A stretch of 64,000 nucleotides of DNA from Methanobacteriota archaeon (lineage in GTDB: Archaea; Thermoplasmatota; Poseidoniia; Poseidoniales; Thalassarchaeaceae), in contig PBGL02000009.1 in assembly GCA_002718995.2 (NCBI GenBank), positions 460-64,459 on the forward strand, read 5' to 3'. How positions within the stretch are numbered: the first letter of the stretch is position 1; each line of letters starts with the position of its first letter. Under the pieces are notes generated by a model, which was not told the DNA's origin, searched no databases, and was given only the letters and a program-made list of their open reading frames with translations. Both the position numbers and the translations under genes were made by a program. This document shows, in pieces, positions 35,901 to 44,174 of this stretch.

Positions 35901-37970
35901 TTGATTTGTCTGGTTGCCGGGAGAAGAGTCGGCACATGTGATCTGCCCAATATCAGCCTGATACGTCCCTGCCCCACACTGGGTTTGAGCCTCGGCTGCG
36001 GAAGATGTGACGTAATGTCCAGCGGATGCTAGGTGGCATGCTGACTGTCCGGCCTCCGGCTGGTAAGACCCCGGGATACACTCGTTGTAGTATAGTGAAC
36101 CATGGACTGAGAAGTGCCCTGCGGGGGAATCCTGACATGCCAGCCTGCCCCATTGCCCTTCTTCGCAGTCGAGCCAACGGGCTGGATTGGAGGGGTATGG
36201 GTCGGAAGGTACGGGAACACCGTCCCCGTCTTCATCACCGGCGATATGGGTGTCGAGATCGTTCCAGATTCCATCGCCGTCGTGGTCCTGATCGGAGAAC
36301 GCCAAGTCGGCGCCGTCATCGAAATTCATCCAGTGGGGCACGAGTAGATCATCGCTGGTTCCATCCAGTTCCCCGCTCTGCCCTCCCCAGCATGCCAGGC
36401 TGTAGTTCTGAACTATCGCGCACGTAGATTCCTCGCCGGTTGCGATTGCCAGTACGGGCCCGCCTATACTGACATGAACTGGGACGTTTCCATCTTCCCC
36501 CGTGCAGCCGCTAGTAGAAATGGAAGAGCTGCAGCTACCATCCCCCCATTGACCATGCGTGTTGAGCCCCCAGCAATTCATTGAGCCATTGTCTAGAATT
36601 GCGCAAGTGTGCCAATATGTCCCATCAATCGAATTGGCTGTCCTCCCGGTGGAGAATGGGATGTTTTCCGAGCCATTGGTGACTGCCCCGTTCTCAGAGG
36701 AAACCGTGTAGGTTCTGCCCCAGCAGTAAACCGAACCATTCTCGAAGATTGAGCAGACACTGTATCCTGGAGTTGCCAGAGAGACCGCTCTCATCCCAGT
36801 GGAGTGGTTCGCAGTTACAGGGGTGTTGCTGTCGGAAGTCGTTCCGTCTGCTAGGGTACCGAATCCATTGTACCCCCAGCACTTCACGTCGCCAGTGTTC
36901 AGGAGTGCGCATGTGAAGTCATTACCTGCAGACACGGAAACTGCAGTCCTGTTGACCCCCAAATCGACATCGACGGGAGAGTTTCTATTGGTGTTGCTTC
37001 CATCACCCAACTGTCCGTGATTGTTCCTCCCCCAGCATTTTAGTGAGGCGTCATCCAAGATGGCGCAAGTGTGCGTGTTTCCATTCGAAACGGCTACTGG
37101 GATGTTATTGCCGAATTCCACGGTCCCATTCATCAGAGTAGTGCTGCCCAGGCCCAATTGGCCATAGTTGTTCATCCCCCTGCACCTCAGGGTTCTATTC
37201 TCCAGGATAGCACATTGGCCGGCTTTTGAAATGACCTCGTCTTCGGTATAATCCGCTACGCTGCTAGTTGATCCGTTCGATGTCACGGCCGAGAATGTGA
37301 CCAGTGACCCATTTGACATGACAAGTACGGGCGAACCGGAGTCAAGGTCTAGGATCGAGTTGCTGAATACTGAGCCCCTGTCAGATCCTGGTTGACTGGG
37401 GCCAATGGTTGAGTTGGTTGTGTTTGTGGTCGAGGTGGCCTCGGAAATTGACCACGAGTCCGTGCCCCATGCATCTCCAGATGCCCCTCCGTTGCCATCG
37501 ACAAAATTGACGGCTAGGTAGAATATTGCTGTTCCAGAGCCCGTCGAAGGGGCAGTCCAATCAACTGTCCATGATCGAGAGTTTGAGTTTGAATGGGTGA
37601 CTTCGCCGGATTGGAGTTTAGCGTTGGGCCCGGCATTGGTGAACGTGCCCGAGTTTGAGTCCAGGTTGAAGCCTCCCTTGGAGCCGGATGGCCCGCCGGA
37701 TCCGCCTATCGAAAGAGAGTAAGTAGAGCCTGCAGAGTATCCGGAGCTGGGCAGGCCGGTTAGAGTCGGGGAAACCGTTGACGAGCTGGAATGACATCCG
37801 CCCCCACCGCACCCATTGGACGAGCTACCGGTTTTTCCGCCACTGTAGGCGAAGGCTGAGTCGGGAACCGAGACCAGCATGATGGAAAACAGAAACATAG
37901 CAATTGCGATTCTTGATTTTCTACCATTCCAGCCTGCCATATTCATCAATCCATGCACTACATCGCTCAA
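32910..37970 (-). CDS. Giant mosaic surface protein: signal peptide, reeler-like domain, RCC1 beta-propeller, TSP3-like Ca-binding repeats, ephrin-receptor-like Cys repeats, PPC domain, TM anchor, acidic cytoplasmic tail
   Basis: 1686 aa. RCC1 blades include CWGRNNHGQLGDGS, CWGYNGFGTLADG and CWGLNTHGQWGDGS (about 36366-37223). Asp-rich DxDxDG runs lie at about 36201-36308 and 33381-33845. Sixteen C-x-x-GTYQ-x5-7-C repeats are present. A PPC-like segment, GELNAGQNPADHGDLFAIDV...FDLSVYN, is at about 35526-35873. The TM segment AFLGAALVIISLIGLGGWMV is at about 33291-33359. Confidence 0.7.
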   Translation of the reverse strand: MSDVVHGLMNMAGWNGRKSRIAIAMFLFSIMLVSVPDSAFAYSGGKTGSSSNGCGGGGCHSSSSTVSPTLTGLPSSGYSAGSTYSLSIGGSGGPSGSKGGFNLDSNSGTFTNAGPNAKLQSGEVTHSNSNSRSWTVDWTAPSTGSGTAIFYLAVNFVDGNGGASGDAWGTDSWSISEATSTTNTTNSTIGPSQPGSDRGSVFSNSILDLDSGSPVLVMSNGSLVTFSAVTSNGSTSSVADYTEDEVISKAGQCAILENRTLRCRGMNNYGQLGLGSTTLMNGTVEFGNNIPVAVSNGNTHTCAILDDASLKCWGRNNHGQLGDGSNTNRNSPVDVDLGVNRTAVSVSAGNDFTCALLNTGDVKCWGYNGFGTLADGTTSDSNTPVTANHSTGMRAVSLATPGYSVCSIFENGSVYCWGRTYTVSSENGAVTNGSENIPFSTGRTANSIDGTYWHTCAILDNGSMNCWGLNTHGQWGDGSCSSSISTSGCTGEDGNVPVHVSIGGPVLAIATGEESTCAIVQNYSLACWGGQSGELDGTSDDLLVPHWMNFDDGADLAFSDQDHDGDGIWNDLDTHIAGDEDGDGVPVPSDPYPSNPARWLDCEEGQWGRLACQDSPAGHFSVHGSLYYNECIPGSYQPEAGQSACHLASAGHYVTSSAAEAQTQCGAGTYQADIGQITCADSSPGNQTNQLYGDAPDFSGNSYPRVNLSDRSATYIGELNAGQNPADHGDLFAIDVPRDSGFSLSLTSPGGANFDLSVYNSTISLLGSSTSNTSAGLDTFSTNGTGFSGDSIAFIHVNRTWGNGSYSMSLWLFSTDDGSLVGNSTFQIAVEIGVRQYECYPGTYQPGTRQSSCLGASPGNYVPSSGASSQTQCEPGTYQPMYGQTSCVQASLGNYVPSSGASTQTPASMGYYVPSNGSSSQTACPAGTYQNSTGQASCINADAGYYVPSNASNSQTPCAPGTYQPSSGSTSCIDADAGYFVYYYNSTSQTPCAPGTYQPSTGQSTCLNASPGNYVPSNASTTQTPCSAGTYQPLPGQDKCDGASPGYYVDSEGSSSQTPCSPGTYQPYGSQTTCLDSPAGHYVDYSAATSPTPCPAGTYNPSEGSSDSSECLGADPGNYSSSDGQANQEPCSEGTYQPLSGQASCLEADPGNYVGSEGSIAQYECDTGSYQPSTGSATCFEAEAGHYVDGLGQSSQTPCPEGTYNPSTGANSSAECSAADPGHYVANPGSDSQTPCSEGTYQPNSGRSSCVDADPGHFVSTDGSSDQSQCPAGTYNPQTGSTSPYDCLDADPGSYVQSPASSGQEKCSPGSFQPDPGQTSCNPSQPGFYAPSEGQDQQTPAPLDFYVSEASSTTLEQCPESHITLQEGAESADECYSDLDGDRVHDDIDEDDDGDGIDDAYDHCPQGLLGWTSTSENDYDVDGCNDSEEDEDDDNDGFPDSEDALPLDFGEWVDSDMDGIGDNSDTDDDNDGLSDVDEEAAGSNRLDTDTDDDNFEDGVDAFPVDPTEWSDTDGDGYGDNGDAFPEDPDRHLEPDSMAKYAFLGAALVIISLIGLGGWMVMRRRSVSEPVKESIQTEEASLVDIRQTVIEEPMQLESSSDANESEAIETSLPEVIDESVEDERVPTFEESKIEPEASKIAAPDDARMNEHGQLVWTELSGSVYCQNPDGSIMVFDPMSGTWKGVDQ
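33945..35459 (-). repeat. Intragenic tandem array: 14 copies of a ~102-nt (~34-aa) two-cysteine repeat, with 2 further copies at about 35916-36173
   Basis: The motif (P/A/E)GTYQP recurs at aa 841, 876, 926, 960, 994, 1028, 1062, 1096, 1133, 1167, 1201, 1238, 1272 and 1309 of the 1686-aa protein. The consensus is C-x-x-G-T-Y-Q-P-x-x-G-x-x-x-C-x-x-A-x-P-G-x-Y-V-x-S-x(5-7)-Q-T-P. Confidence 0.85.
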
Positions 37971-38057
37971 AGTGGTTTGTCGGACTAGTCCGAAAGCCCC
38001 TGTATTAATCCCGTAGCGATTCTATTGACAATATGACTATTCCTGCAACTCGCATGC

Positions 38058-39848
38058 TCATGCATCACTAGTGAAGACCTCTTTAGCATGACCGGGTATC
38101 TGAATTCCGGCCCCATCGAAAAGAGATTCCAGGGAGTCGGGCGGAGTCCCTTTTCTGGACATCTTTGCACGATGGCTGACAATCCTCCATGCGGCTTTGC
38201 TCCCTATTCCCGGAATCGCCTCCAGTTGCTGTTGCGTGGCATTGCTGAAATCGAGACCGGTCTCGACTGCGGATATACTGCGTTTTCCATGGCCCGTCAC
38301 CATGACGTCTGACCCAGTCTCGAGAGGGATCAAGTATGGAACTCCGACTAGTATCGGGTATGCCCCCATCTGCCTTCCGAAGGTGATGCCCGAGGACCCA
38401 TGAACAGAGGGGTCCCTGTGCTTGGGATCCATTACATGCTCGGGCAGCCTGATCCTATTGCCATTGGACTCCCACCATACGCCCCTCAGTATTGTGCCAG
38501 CAGGAAGCATCTGTTCCAGCATTGGCTGGTCTATCTCGTCCCTGACCCCAGTTTTGAAATCCCTGAATGCAGATTCGCTCACTTCTTGGAAACCCTGGCC
38601 TTCGACCTGCCTGATATTTATCCTTCTGAGAAGAAGCCCTTGTGCCTTTATTTTCCTTAGTAAATTCATGTTCATCCCGTAGGATTCTGCAGTCTCGCCG
38701 TTCAATCCAGCGATGAAGTTCAGACCGGGCAGCATCGCTGGAAGCCCCCTAGGGCCCCTCTCCCTGCCGAATTCGTTGATGTGTCGAATGGCAGTCATTA
38801 GCTGATCAGTGTCGCAATTCAGCCAATTCTCTTCATGCACACTGGGGTCTGCTGACTCCAGCCCAAAGGAAAGTACTGAGCCATCAGAGAGATATTCCAC
38901 CATGGCCTTCGTAATTTCCGTTGATTGCTCAATGTTTTCAGCGATTATCGAAGGATTGGCATTGTCCACATGCAGTACGTCGAGCCTGTCGTCCTCCCTG
39001 ATTTCACTGAGGACGCGTATTATTGGATCCGGGTTTGGTATCGGGTACTCTAGATCCTCGACACCCTCTGCTCGATATGTGTAGATGTCTGTAGCGCCGC
39101 CGATCCTAACGTTTCTGACACCTGAATCTAAAGCGGCAGATATCTCATCGATCACATCACTTTCAGTTCTCCATAGGGGTAATCCCTTCTTTGGTTCTAT
39201 GCAGAACTTGCACCCTCTCTTGAATCGGACACACCCCTGGTAGAGTTCGATTTCATACATCAGAGGGCCATGGGTTCCGTCCGGTGCGAGAATGTCTGGA
39301 TGTTCAGTTACTGCCTTGGATGAGGCCCCGGATAATGCCCATCTTGACCATTGTTCGGGAGTTCTTCGCTTATGCGCCCACTCTCCCGTCGATAGGTGGT
39401 GGTCAAGAGTAGCGTCGGTGTCTTGGACCGTGAGGAACAGGTTGGGCCTAAGGGGGGTCCAACCGTCATACCTCCAATGCCTGATTGCCCATCCCCCACA
39501 AAGAATGGGGGCATTCGTGGGCAGGGTCGATATGAGAGAGTTAGTTTCCTTCAGGCTTATTGGGGTCCCTCTGACATATTTCCCTGGAACCACTGCACCG
39601 GCGAGCAAGACAGCTCCTGAAAGGCCCCCCATTTCCCTTCTTACAGAGTCCATTCCTTCTGGATCGGACAATCTAGACTTGAATTTGATCCTCCATTCAT
39701 CTATGGTCATGTAAGTGTATTCTATGCCTCTACTCTCGAGTACCCCACAGATATACCTAACATGGAATCCAACGTAGTTCGGCACTCCAAAGGCTGCTGG
39801 CTCGTCCTCATAGCCATCTAGAACCAGCCATCCCTCGGGTGAGTCCAT
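38058..39848 (-). CDS. Radical SAM-type Fe-S protein with a C-terminal helix-hairpin-helix (archaeal COG1031-like)
   Basis: The Cys triad is QGCVRFKRGCKFCIEP (39199-39240). The C-terminus has LEAIPGIGSKAAWRIV (HhH). ORF-track start 39935 overlaps csl4 by 62 nt, so I prefer ATG 39848 (MDSPEGW). Confidence 0.6.
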   Translation of the reverse strand: MDSPEGWLVLDGYEDEPAAFGVPNYVGFHVRYICGVLESRGIEYTYMTIDEWRIKFKSRLSDPEGMDSVRREMGGLSGAVLLAGAVVPGKYVRGTPISLKETNSLISTLPTNAPILCGGWAIRHWRYDGWTPLRPNLFLTVQDTDATLDHHLSTGEWAHKRRTPEQWSRWALSGASSKAVTEHPDILAPDGTHGPLMYEIELYQGCVRFKRGCKFCIEPKKGLPLWRTESDVIDEISAALDSGVRNVRIGGATDIYTYRAEGVEDLEYPIPNPDPIIRVLSEIREDDRLDVLHVDNANPSIIAENIEQSTEITKAMVEYLSDGSVLSFGLESADPSVHEENWLNCDTDQLMTAIRHINEFGRERGPRGLPAMLPGLNFIAGLNGETAESYGMNMNLLRKIKAQGLLLRRINIRQVEGQGFQEVSESAFRDFKTGVRDEIDQPMLEQMLPAGTILRGVWWESNGNRIRLPEHVMDPKHRDPSVHGSSGITFGRQMGAYPILVGVPYLIPLETGSDVMVTGHGKRSISAVETGLDFSNATQQQLEAIPGIGSKAAWRIVSHRAKMSRKGTPPDSLESLFDGAGIQIPGHAKEVFTSDA

Positions 39849-39873
39849 GTCCCTCTGATGGGACGGCGGGCCT

Positions 39874-41205
39874 TCACCGCTTCGACCGGTTTCGTCCTTC
39901 ACGGCCCCTTCTGCTGGGGCCTCCTTTCCTGCCACCGCCTGATGGCTTCGACTCCTCTACGACAATCTTCCTGCCGCCTATCTCTGCTCCATTCATCTTC
40001 TTGGCTGCGGATAATCCTTCGTCCCTGTCTGAGAATGTAACGAATGCGAAGCCCTTGGAGCGACCCGATTCCCTGTCCATTGCAATGTGGACTTCCTTCA
40101 GCTTGCCATGGGCCGAGAATGCCTTGGTCAGTTCATCCTCCGATGTATCATATGAGAGCCTGCCAACGAATAGCTTGGTCCCCATTGTGGCCTGAGCCTT
40201 GGCCCTCATCTCATTCATCGTCTCCCTCTCCTTGGCGAGTTCTTCCTTTGTTGCCCTGCCGTCCTTCACCTTGTCCATGCAATCGCGGCAGCGGATCGGT
40301 TTGCCTGGCGTGGGCTTGAAGGGGACCTGAGTGTCACATCCGCAAAGGGTGCATACGGCCTTGTGCATTTCTCGCCTTGGTCCGCCCTGGCCGCCGCGCC
40401 CACCTGGCCTTCCCCCTCTGCCCCCTCTGGTGGCTTTGGCACTGGCTGGCATTTCATGGGAAGCTCCCCTCCTGTAATCTGCCAGTGGGGACAGGTATGG
40501 CCTCGCACCGTCATGACCGAGTCCGGCCTCTGCCTCTGGGGACCATCTCTCTCCTGACCTGTTGAGCTTTGATTTGTTGGACCTTATCTCGTGCCCGTGA
40601 CCGAATCCGTCTGAGAGGACCCTGTATGCCGAATAGTCGCATCTGGGGCACTTGACGTTGAAGTCGGGCTTCTCGTCGGATGCCACGAGGTCTGCGCCGC
40701 ACTGCGTGCACAAAGCGGAAAGAACTCCGAGGTTGGTGCTCCCCTTGGTTGTGGCCTTGAGTATCGGATCGGATTTGGTTATCTTGGCCCTAACGATATC
40801 TCTCATCCTCATAGCATCCCCTGGTGAGGGAGTGAATCTATCGACGACCTCTGAGACGTGAATGTCTGCAAAGAGTTTCATTGCAGGGAGGCTCCTGTGA
40901 CCGCCCTCCTTGCTCTCTACGTGCAGTATCCTGATTTCGGCAACGTTTTCGTTTAGTCGATTAACTTCGCCGATAACAATATCCCCGACAGTTGGAGAAT
41001 TTATTGGTGGCCTTGAGGGGTCTACTGAAATGTTACCATCATCCAAAACTAGCCTCCCGTTTACCACTGCTACGAAGCCAGCACTGGCCTCCGTGAGCCC
41101 GTTTCCTGCTTCTGCGCCCGCTGGGACGTCGACAGGAGTTCCGGGCGTGACAAGGTCACCGACAGTAGCCGTCATCGGCCGGGCGACCGGACGACCCCCT
41201 ATCAA
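39874..41205 (-). CDS. csl4: Exosome complex RNA-binding cap subunit Csl4 fused to an RGG linker, a CxxC-x17-CxxC zinc finger and an RRM domain
   Basis: 443 aa. Residues 1-205 are Csl4: GDIVIGEV, IHVSEVVDRF, MRDIVRAKI and the Zn ribbon CTQC...CPRC. Residues 258-276 read TRGGRGGRPGGRGGQGG. Residues 285-308 read CTLC-x17-CRDC. Residues 343-419 form an RRM with RNP2 LFVGRL and RNP1 KGFAFVTF. An RGG-like tail follows. Confidence 0.8.
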   Translation of the reverse strand: MIGGRPVARPMTATVGDLVTPGTPVDVPAGAEAGNGLTEASAGFVAVVNGRLVLDDGNISVDPSRPPINSPTVGDIVIGEVNRLNENVAEIRILHVESKEGGHRSLPAMKLFADIHVSEVVDRFTPSPGDAMRMRDIVRAKITKSDPILKATTKGSTNLGVLSALCTQCGADLVASDEKPDFNVKCPRCDYSAYRVLSDGFGHGHEIRSNKSKLNRSGERWSPEAEAGLGHDGARPYLSPLADYRRGASHEMPASAKATRGGRGGRPGGRGGQGGPRREMHKAVCTLCGCDTQVPFKPTPGKPIRCRDCMDKVKDGRATKEELAKERETMNEMRAKAQATMGTKLFVGRLSYDTSEDELTKAFSAHGKLKEVHIAMDRESGRSKGFAFVTFSDRDEGLSAAKKMNGAEIGGRKIVVEESKPSGGGRKGGPSRRGREGRNRSKR

Positions 41206-41218
41206 CGGTACGGACGGG

Positions 41219-41833
41219 CTATGGGGGGGTCAGTCTCCAGAAACCGGCCTTAGTAACTCCCCTGGAGCTACGGTGATGGTCGAATGACGCGGGAATCGCG
41301 AAGTCTGCTTCGCCATACTTCTCTACGGACCATCCCGCCTCCTCGAACCTTGTACGGATGTGCTTCGCATCGGAGCTGTGCATGATGTGTGAGACTACTC
41401 CAATGGACTCTATCAGGTCCAAGAAGGGAGCATCTGCCTTCTCTTTCTGCCTCCCCCACGGAGGATTGGAAATCACCAAATCGATGTCGGTCAGATCGGA
41501 ATCCAACGAAGAGACATCGGATTCCAGAACCACGCATGATTTTTCTCCTCCCAATGATTCGGCGTTCTTTCTTGATACCTCGCAGCATCTGCTATCTGAA
41601 TCGACTAGAATAGCCCTATTTGCGCCGAGATGCAGCGCCCCGATTCCAAGTATTCCGTTTCCTGATCCTAAATCAATGATGGAAGTCCCTTCAGAGAGGT
41701 CGCCAAATGCAGCAATATCGAAAATCCATCTGGCAGCCAACTCTCCCGAAGTGGTGTACTGTTCTAGGCTGACATCAGGATTTTCACACTTTTCCAACTT
41801 TGATAACAGCATGGACAGCTGTCGCAGGCGCAT
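41219..41833 (-). CDS. METTL5-like N6-adenine RNA methyltransferase
   Basis: 204 aa. It has the SAM motif IIDLGSGNGILG and the catalytic DLVISNPPWG (NPPW). Confidence 0.7.
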   Translation of the reverse strand: MRLRQLSMLLSKLEKCENPDVSLEQYTTSGELAARWIFDIAAFGDLSEGTSIIDLGSGNGILGIGALHLGANRAILVDSDSRCCEVSRKNAESLGGEKSCVVLESDVSSLDSDLTDIDLVISNPPWGRQKEKADAPFLDLIESIGVVSHIMHSSDAKHIRTRFEEAGWSVEKYGEADFAIPASFDHHRSSRGVTKAGFWRLTPP

Positions 41834-41861
41834 GGACGGGGATGGGGGGCCAAGTGATGAA

Positions 41862-43010
41862 CTACTGCCCCTCCCCGATTAGCCCTGAGTCACTAGCTAA
41901 TGGGTATCTTGTGTCATGTATTATTCCTTCCGCTAGCATTAATTCAGCCATTAGAACGCCATATCCCGCGGCCCCTCTGATCGTATTGTCGGCTACAGTG
42001 GTGTAAGTCAGCCTATTTCCCGATACATGGATGCTGCCAACTGCAACTGCCATGGCTGCACGAAGATCATCACTTGGAGACCGGGCTACTCCTCCCTCCC
42101 ACCTTGATTCCTCGACGTCATCTGGATCAGCGACGAAGCGAATTGGCTCTTTGCAGGCCGAGGGTAGATTGAGTGCCTGGGCCCTGGAACTGTGTTTAGA
42201 CCAGATCAGAATAATCTCATGGGCGCTAACATCTCTTTCGAATGTCACCTCCACCCTAGCAAGGTGGCCATGTTCTCTATCCACTCTTTCGCAACTCACC
42301 TCGATGTCTATTTCCGCATCATTTATGCCATTCGAGTCGAGATTCCCCAGGATCCTCAGAAGTTCCCCTCTAACGCTTTCCGGCTCCCCTTCAATCTCAC
42401 TCGGAAGAGCGGCATTTGGATCGCGATTGCGTAGCATGTCCCTGCCTCCGCCGGAGAGGGACTGCTCGGTTGATATCGAGATTCGCTCAATTCCTATTTC
42501 TGAATTCAGAGGTGAGAGGGTGATTGCCAGGGGTACTGTCATACAATTACTGCAGGAAATCAGCCTCCCGTCACCATATTGATTCTGAAAACTGAGGATA
42601 TCCAGATGGTCACTGTTGGCTTCTGGGATGACTAATGGCACGTGATCCTTCATCCTGTGGATAATTGAGTGGCTAATTACGATCAGGCCAGAACTTGCAA
42701 GCACCTCCTCCGCTATTTCTGCTGGGCCCTCGGGGAGTGCTGAGAAAACTATTCGAATACCCTCTGATATTAGGTCTTCAGCCAGAGACTTCGGATCGCC
42801 AATTTCCCTGACAAAAATATCTGGAAGTTCTGGCCTCTCTTGATTCAATGACCAAGGCAAATCAGAGATGCTCATTCCAGCTGTTGCAGGAGAGCCTATG
42901 ACGGCTGCGGGATACAACCAGTGATGGTTGACTATCCTCTGAAGTATCCTCTGGGCAACTAGCCCTCTTGACCCCATTATAGCGCATCGAACCCTTCCCA
43001 GAGTGCCCAT
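41862..43010 (-). CDS. asd: Aspartate-semialdehyde dehydrogenase family protein
   Basis: 382 aa. Motifs VFSALPEG, VPLVIPEANSDH, the active-site CSNCMTVP and EQSLSGGG. The nucleotide-binding Gly motif is divergent (GSRG), so the substrate assignment is provisional. Confidence 0.6.
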   Translation of the reverse strand: MGTLGRVRCAIMGSRGLVAQRILQRIVNHHWLYPAAVIGSPATAGMSISDLPWSLNQERPELPDIFVREIGDPKSLAEDLISEGIRIVFSALPEGPAEIAEEVLASSGLIVISHSIIHRMKDHVPLVIPEANSDHLDILSFQNQYGDGRLISCSNCMTVPLAITLSPLNSEIGIERISISTEQSLSGGGRDMLRNRDPNAALPSEIEGEPESVRGELLRILGNLDSNGINDAEIDIEVSCERVDREHGHLARVEVTFERDVSAHEIILIWSKHSSRAQALNLPSACKEPIRFVADPDDVEESRWEGGVARSPSDDLRAAMAVAVGSIHVSGNRLTYTTVADNTIRGAAGYGVLMAELMLAEGIIHDTRYPLASDSGLIGEGQ

Positions 43011-43091
43011 GGCTCTTGGAGGAAGAACAAGTCTATGAAGAAATGTTTTGATTGATGAATAGTTAAAGTACTCCCGTCTCTGAAAACAGAC

Positions 43092-44156
43092 GTGGCAGAA
43101 GCTGAGATAGTCAATTATATCCTCCTAGTTGTGGTGGTTTTACTTCTAGCAATACTAGTCTATGCCCTAACATTACTGAAGTCCATACAGGAGCAATCGG
43201 CTACTATTCGTGATCAATCGGTGAAAATTCACACCCAAGGAGAAGTGAATAAAGAGGCGATAGACAAATTAGATTTCTCTGTAAAACCTGCAGATATAAC
43301 CGCGGGTATTGCAGGTAGTGAGTCTGTGCTGAAGGGTGCGGTTCTGAATTCACTTAAGGACATTAATTTCTCTGGGGATATCGAAGGAATCCGTTCTTCC
43401 GCACAACGAATAGGAGAGGAGGTTGCTGATATCAACAAGATTTTTCTCGACAAACAAGAGGCTGCTGGTTGGGCGGAGATTGAGCTTGAGACGAGGCTCA
43501 AAGACTCATTCGCGAATGTGCATATTCGCAAGAAAGTGACCAAGTTGGCCAGCATCCCAGATGCACATTTGGTGTTAAATGGTGGAAAAATACTCTGCAT
43601 AGATTCCAAGTTCCCCTCAAAGTCATTCAAGGCCATGATTCCAGAGTCAGAGGGCGGAGAGGGAGATGAGCATGGGAGTAGGCGTGTCACTCCTCGTAAG
43701 GATTTCATCGCCGCTATTACGACACATTTTGCTAAGGTAGCAACAGATTATGTGAGGCCTGATCTCGGTACCACTGAGGTTGCGTACCTGTACGTCGCAT
43801 CAGAGCGTATCTACCACCATATGGTGAATCCTGACAACACGAAAGAAAGTCAAATTGTTCGAGATGCGGCAAACAATGGCGTAATTCTCTGTTCACCTTC
43901 CACACTAATCGCAAACATGCACCTCGTGCGGGTCGCAGAGCGCGCGATGGGAATTGCCGGAGATAGCGATAAGATTCTCAGAGGACATGATAACATGCGT
44001 CGTGCAATTGCAGAACTGGTTAAGGCGTGGTCAAAAATGAGTGGGCATGTCAATAATGCCCAAACCAATCGCGCATTAGTCCAAGACCTTCTAGATGAAG
44101 TCGAGCGGTCTATGGAGAGTTTGGAGAGTCTTGACTTGGGTGGAGATGAAGACTGA
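43092..44156 (+). CDS. rmuC: RmuC-family DNA recombination protein
   Basis: 354 aa with a GTG start. An N-terminal TM and coiled coil are followed by ILCIDSKFP and PSTLIANMHLV, as in RmuC nuclease-like domains. Confidence 0.7.
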   Translation: MAEAEIVNYILLVVVVLLLAILVYALTLLKSIQEQSATIRDQSVKIHTQGEVNKEAIDKLDFSVKPADITAGIAGSESVLKGAVLNSLKDINFSGDIEGIRSSAQRIGEEVADINKIFLDKQEAAGWAEIELETRLKDSFANVHIRKKVTKLASIPDAHLVLNGGKILCIDSKFPSKSFKAMIPESEGGEGDEHGSRRVTPRKDFIAAITTHFAKVATDYVRPDLGTTEVAYLYVASERIYHHMVNPDNTKESQIVRDAANNGVILCSPSTLIANMHLVRVAERAMGIAGDSDKILRGHDNMRRAIAELVKAWSKMSGHVNNAQTNRALVQDLLDEVERSMESLESLDLGGDED

Positions 44157-44174
44157 GGACCCCTCCCGTGCATC

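Noticed and set aside
33945-36173. Regular repeats that might be mistaken for a CRISPR-like or non-coding repeat array.
   Set aside because: The period is about 102 nt and in frame, with no spacer/repeat alternation. The array translates into a coherent two-Cys protein repeat inside one long ORF.
37791-37811. A CGGGGCH motif (C-x4-C-H) near the N-terminus of the 1686-aa protein, which I considered as a possible c-type heme attachment site given the ccm genes in the window.
   Set aside because: It is not the canonical CxxCH. It occurs only once, and it sits where reeler-like domains have a conserved Cys/His segment. Without a profile hit or spectroscopy I do not claim heme binding.
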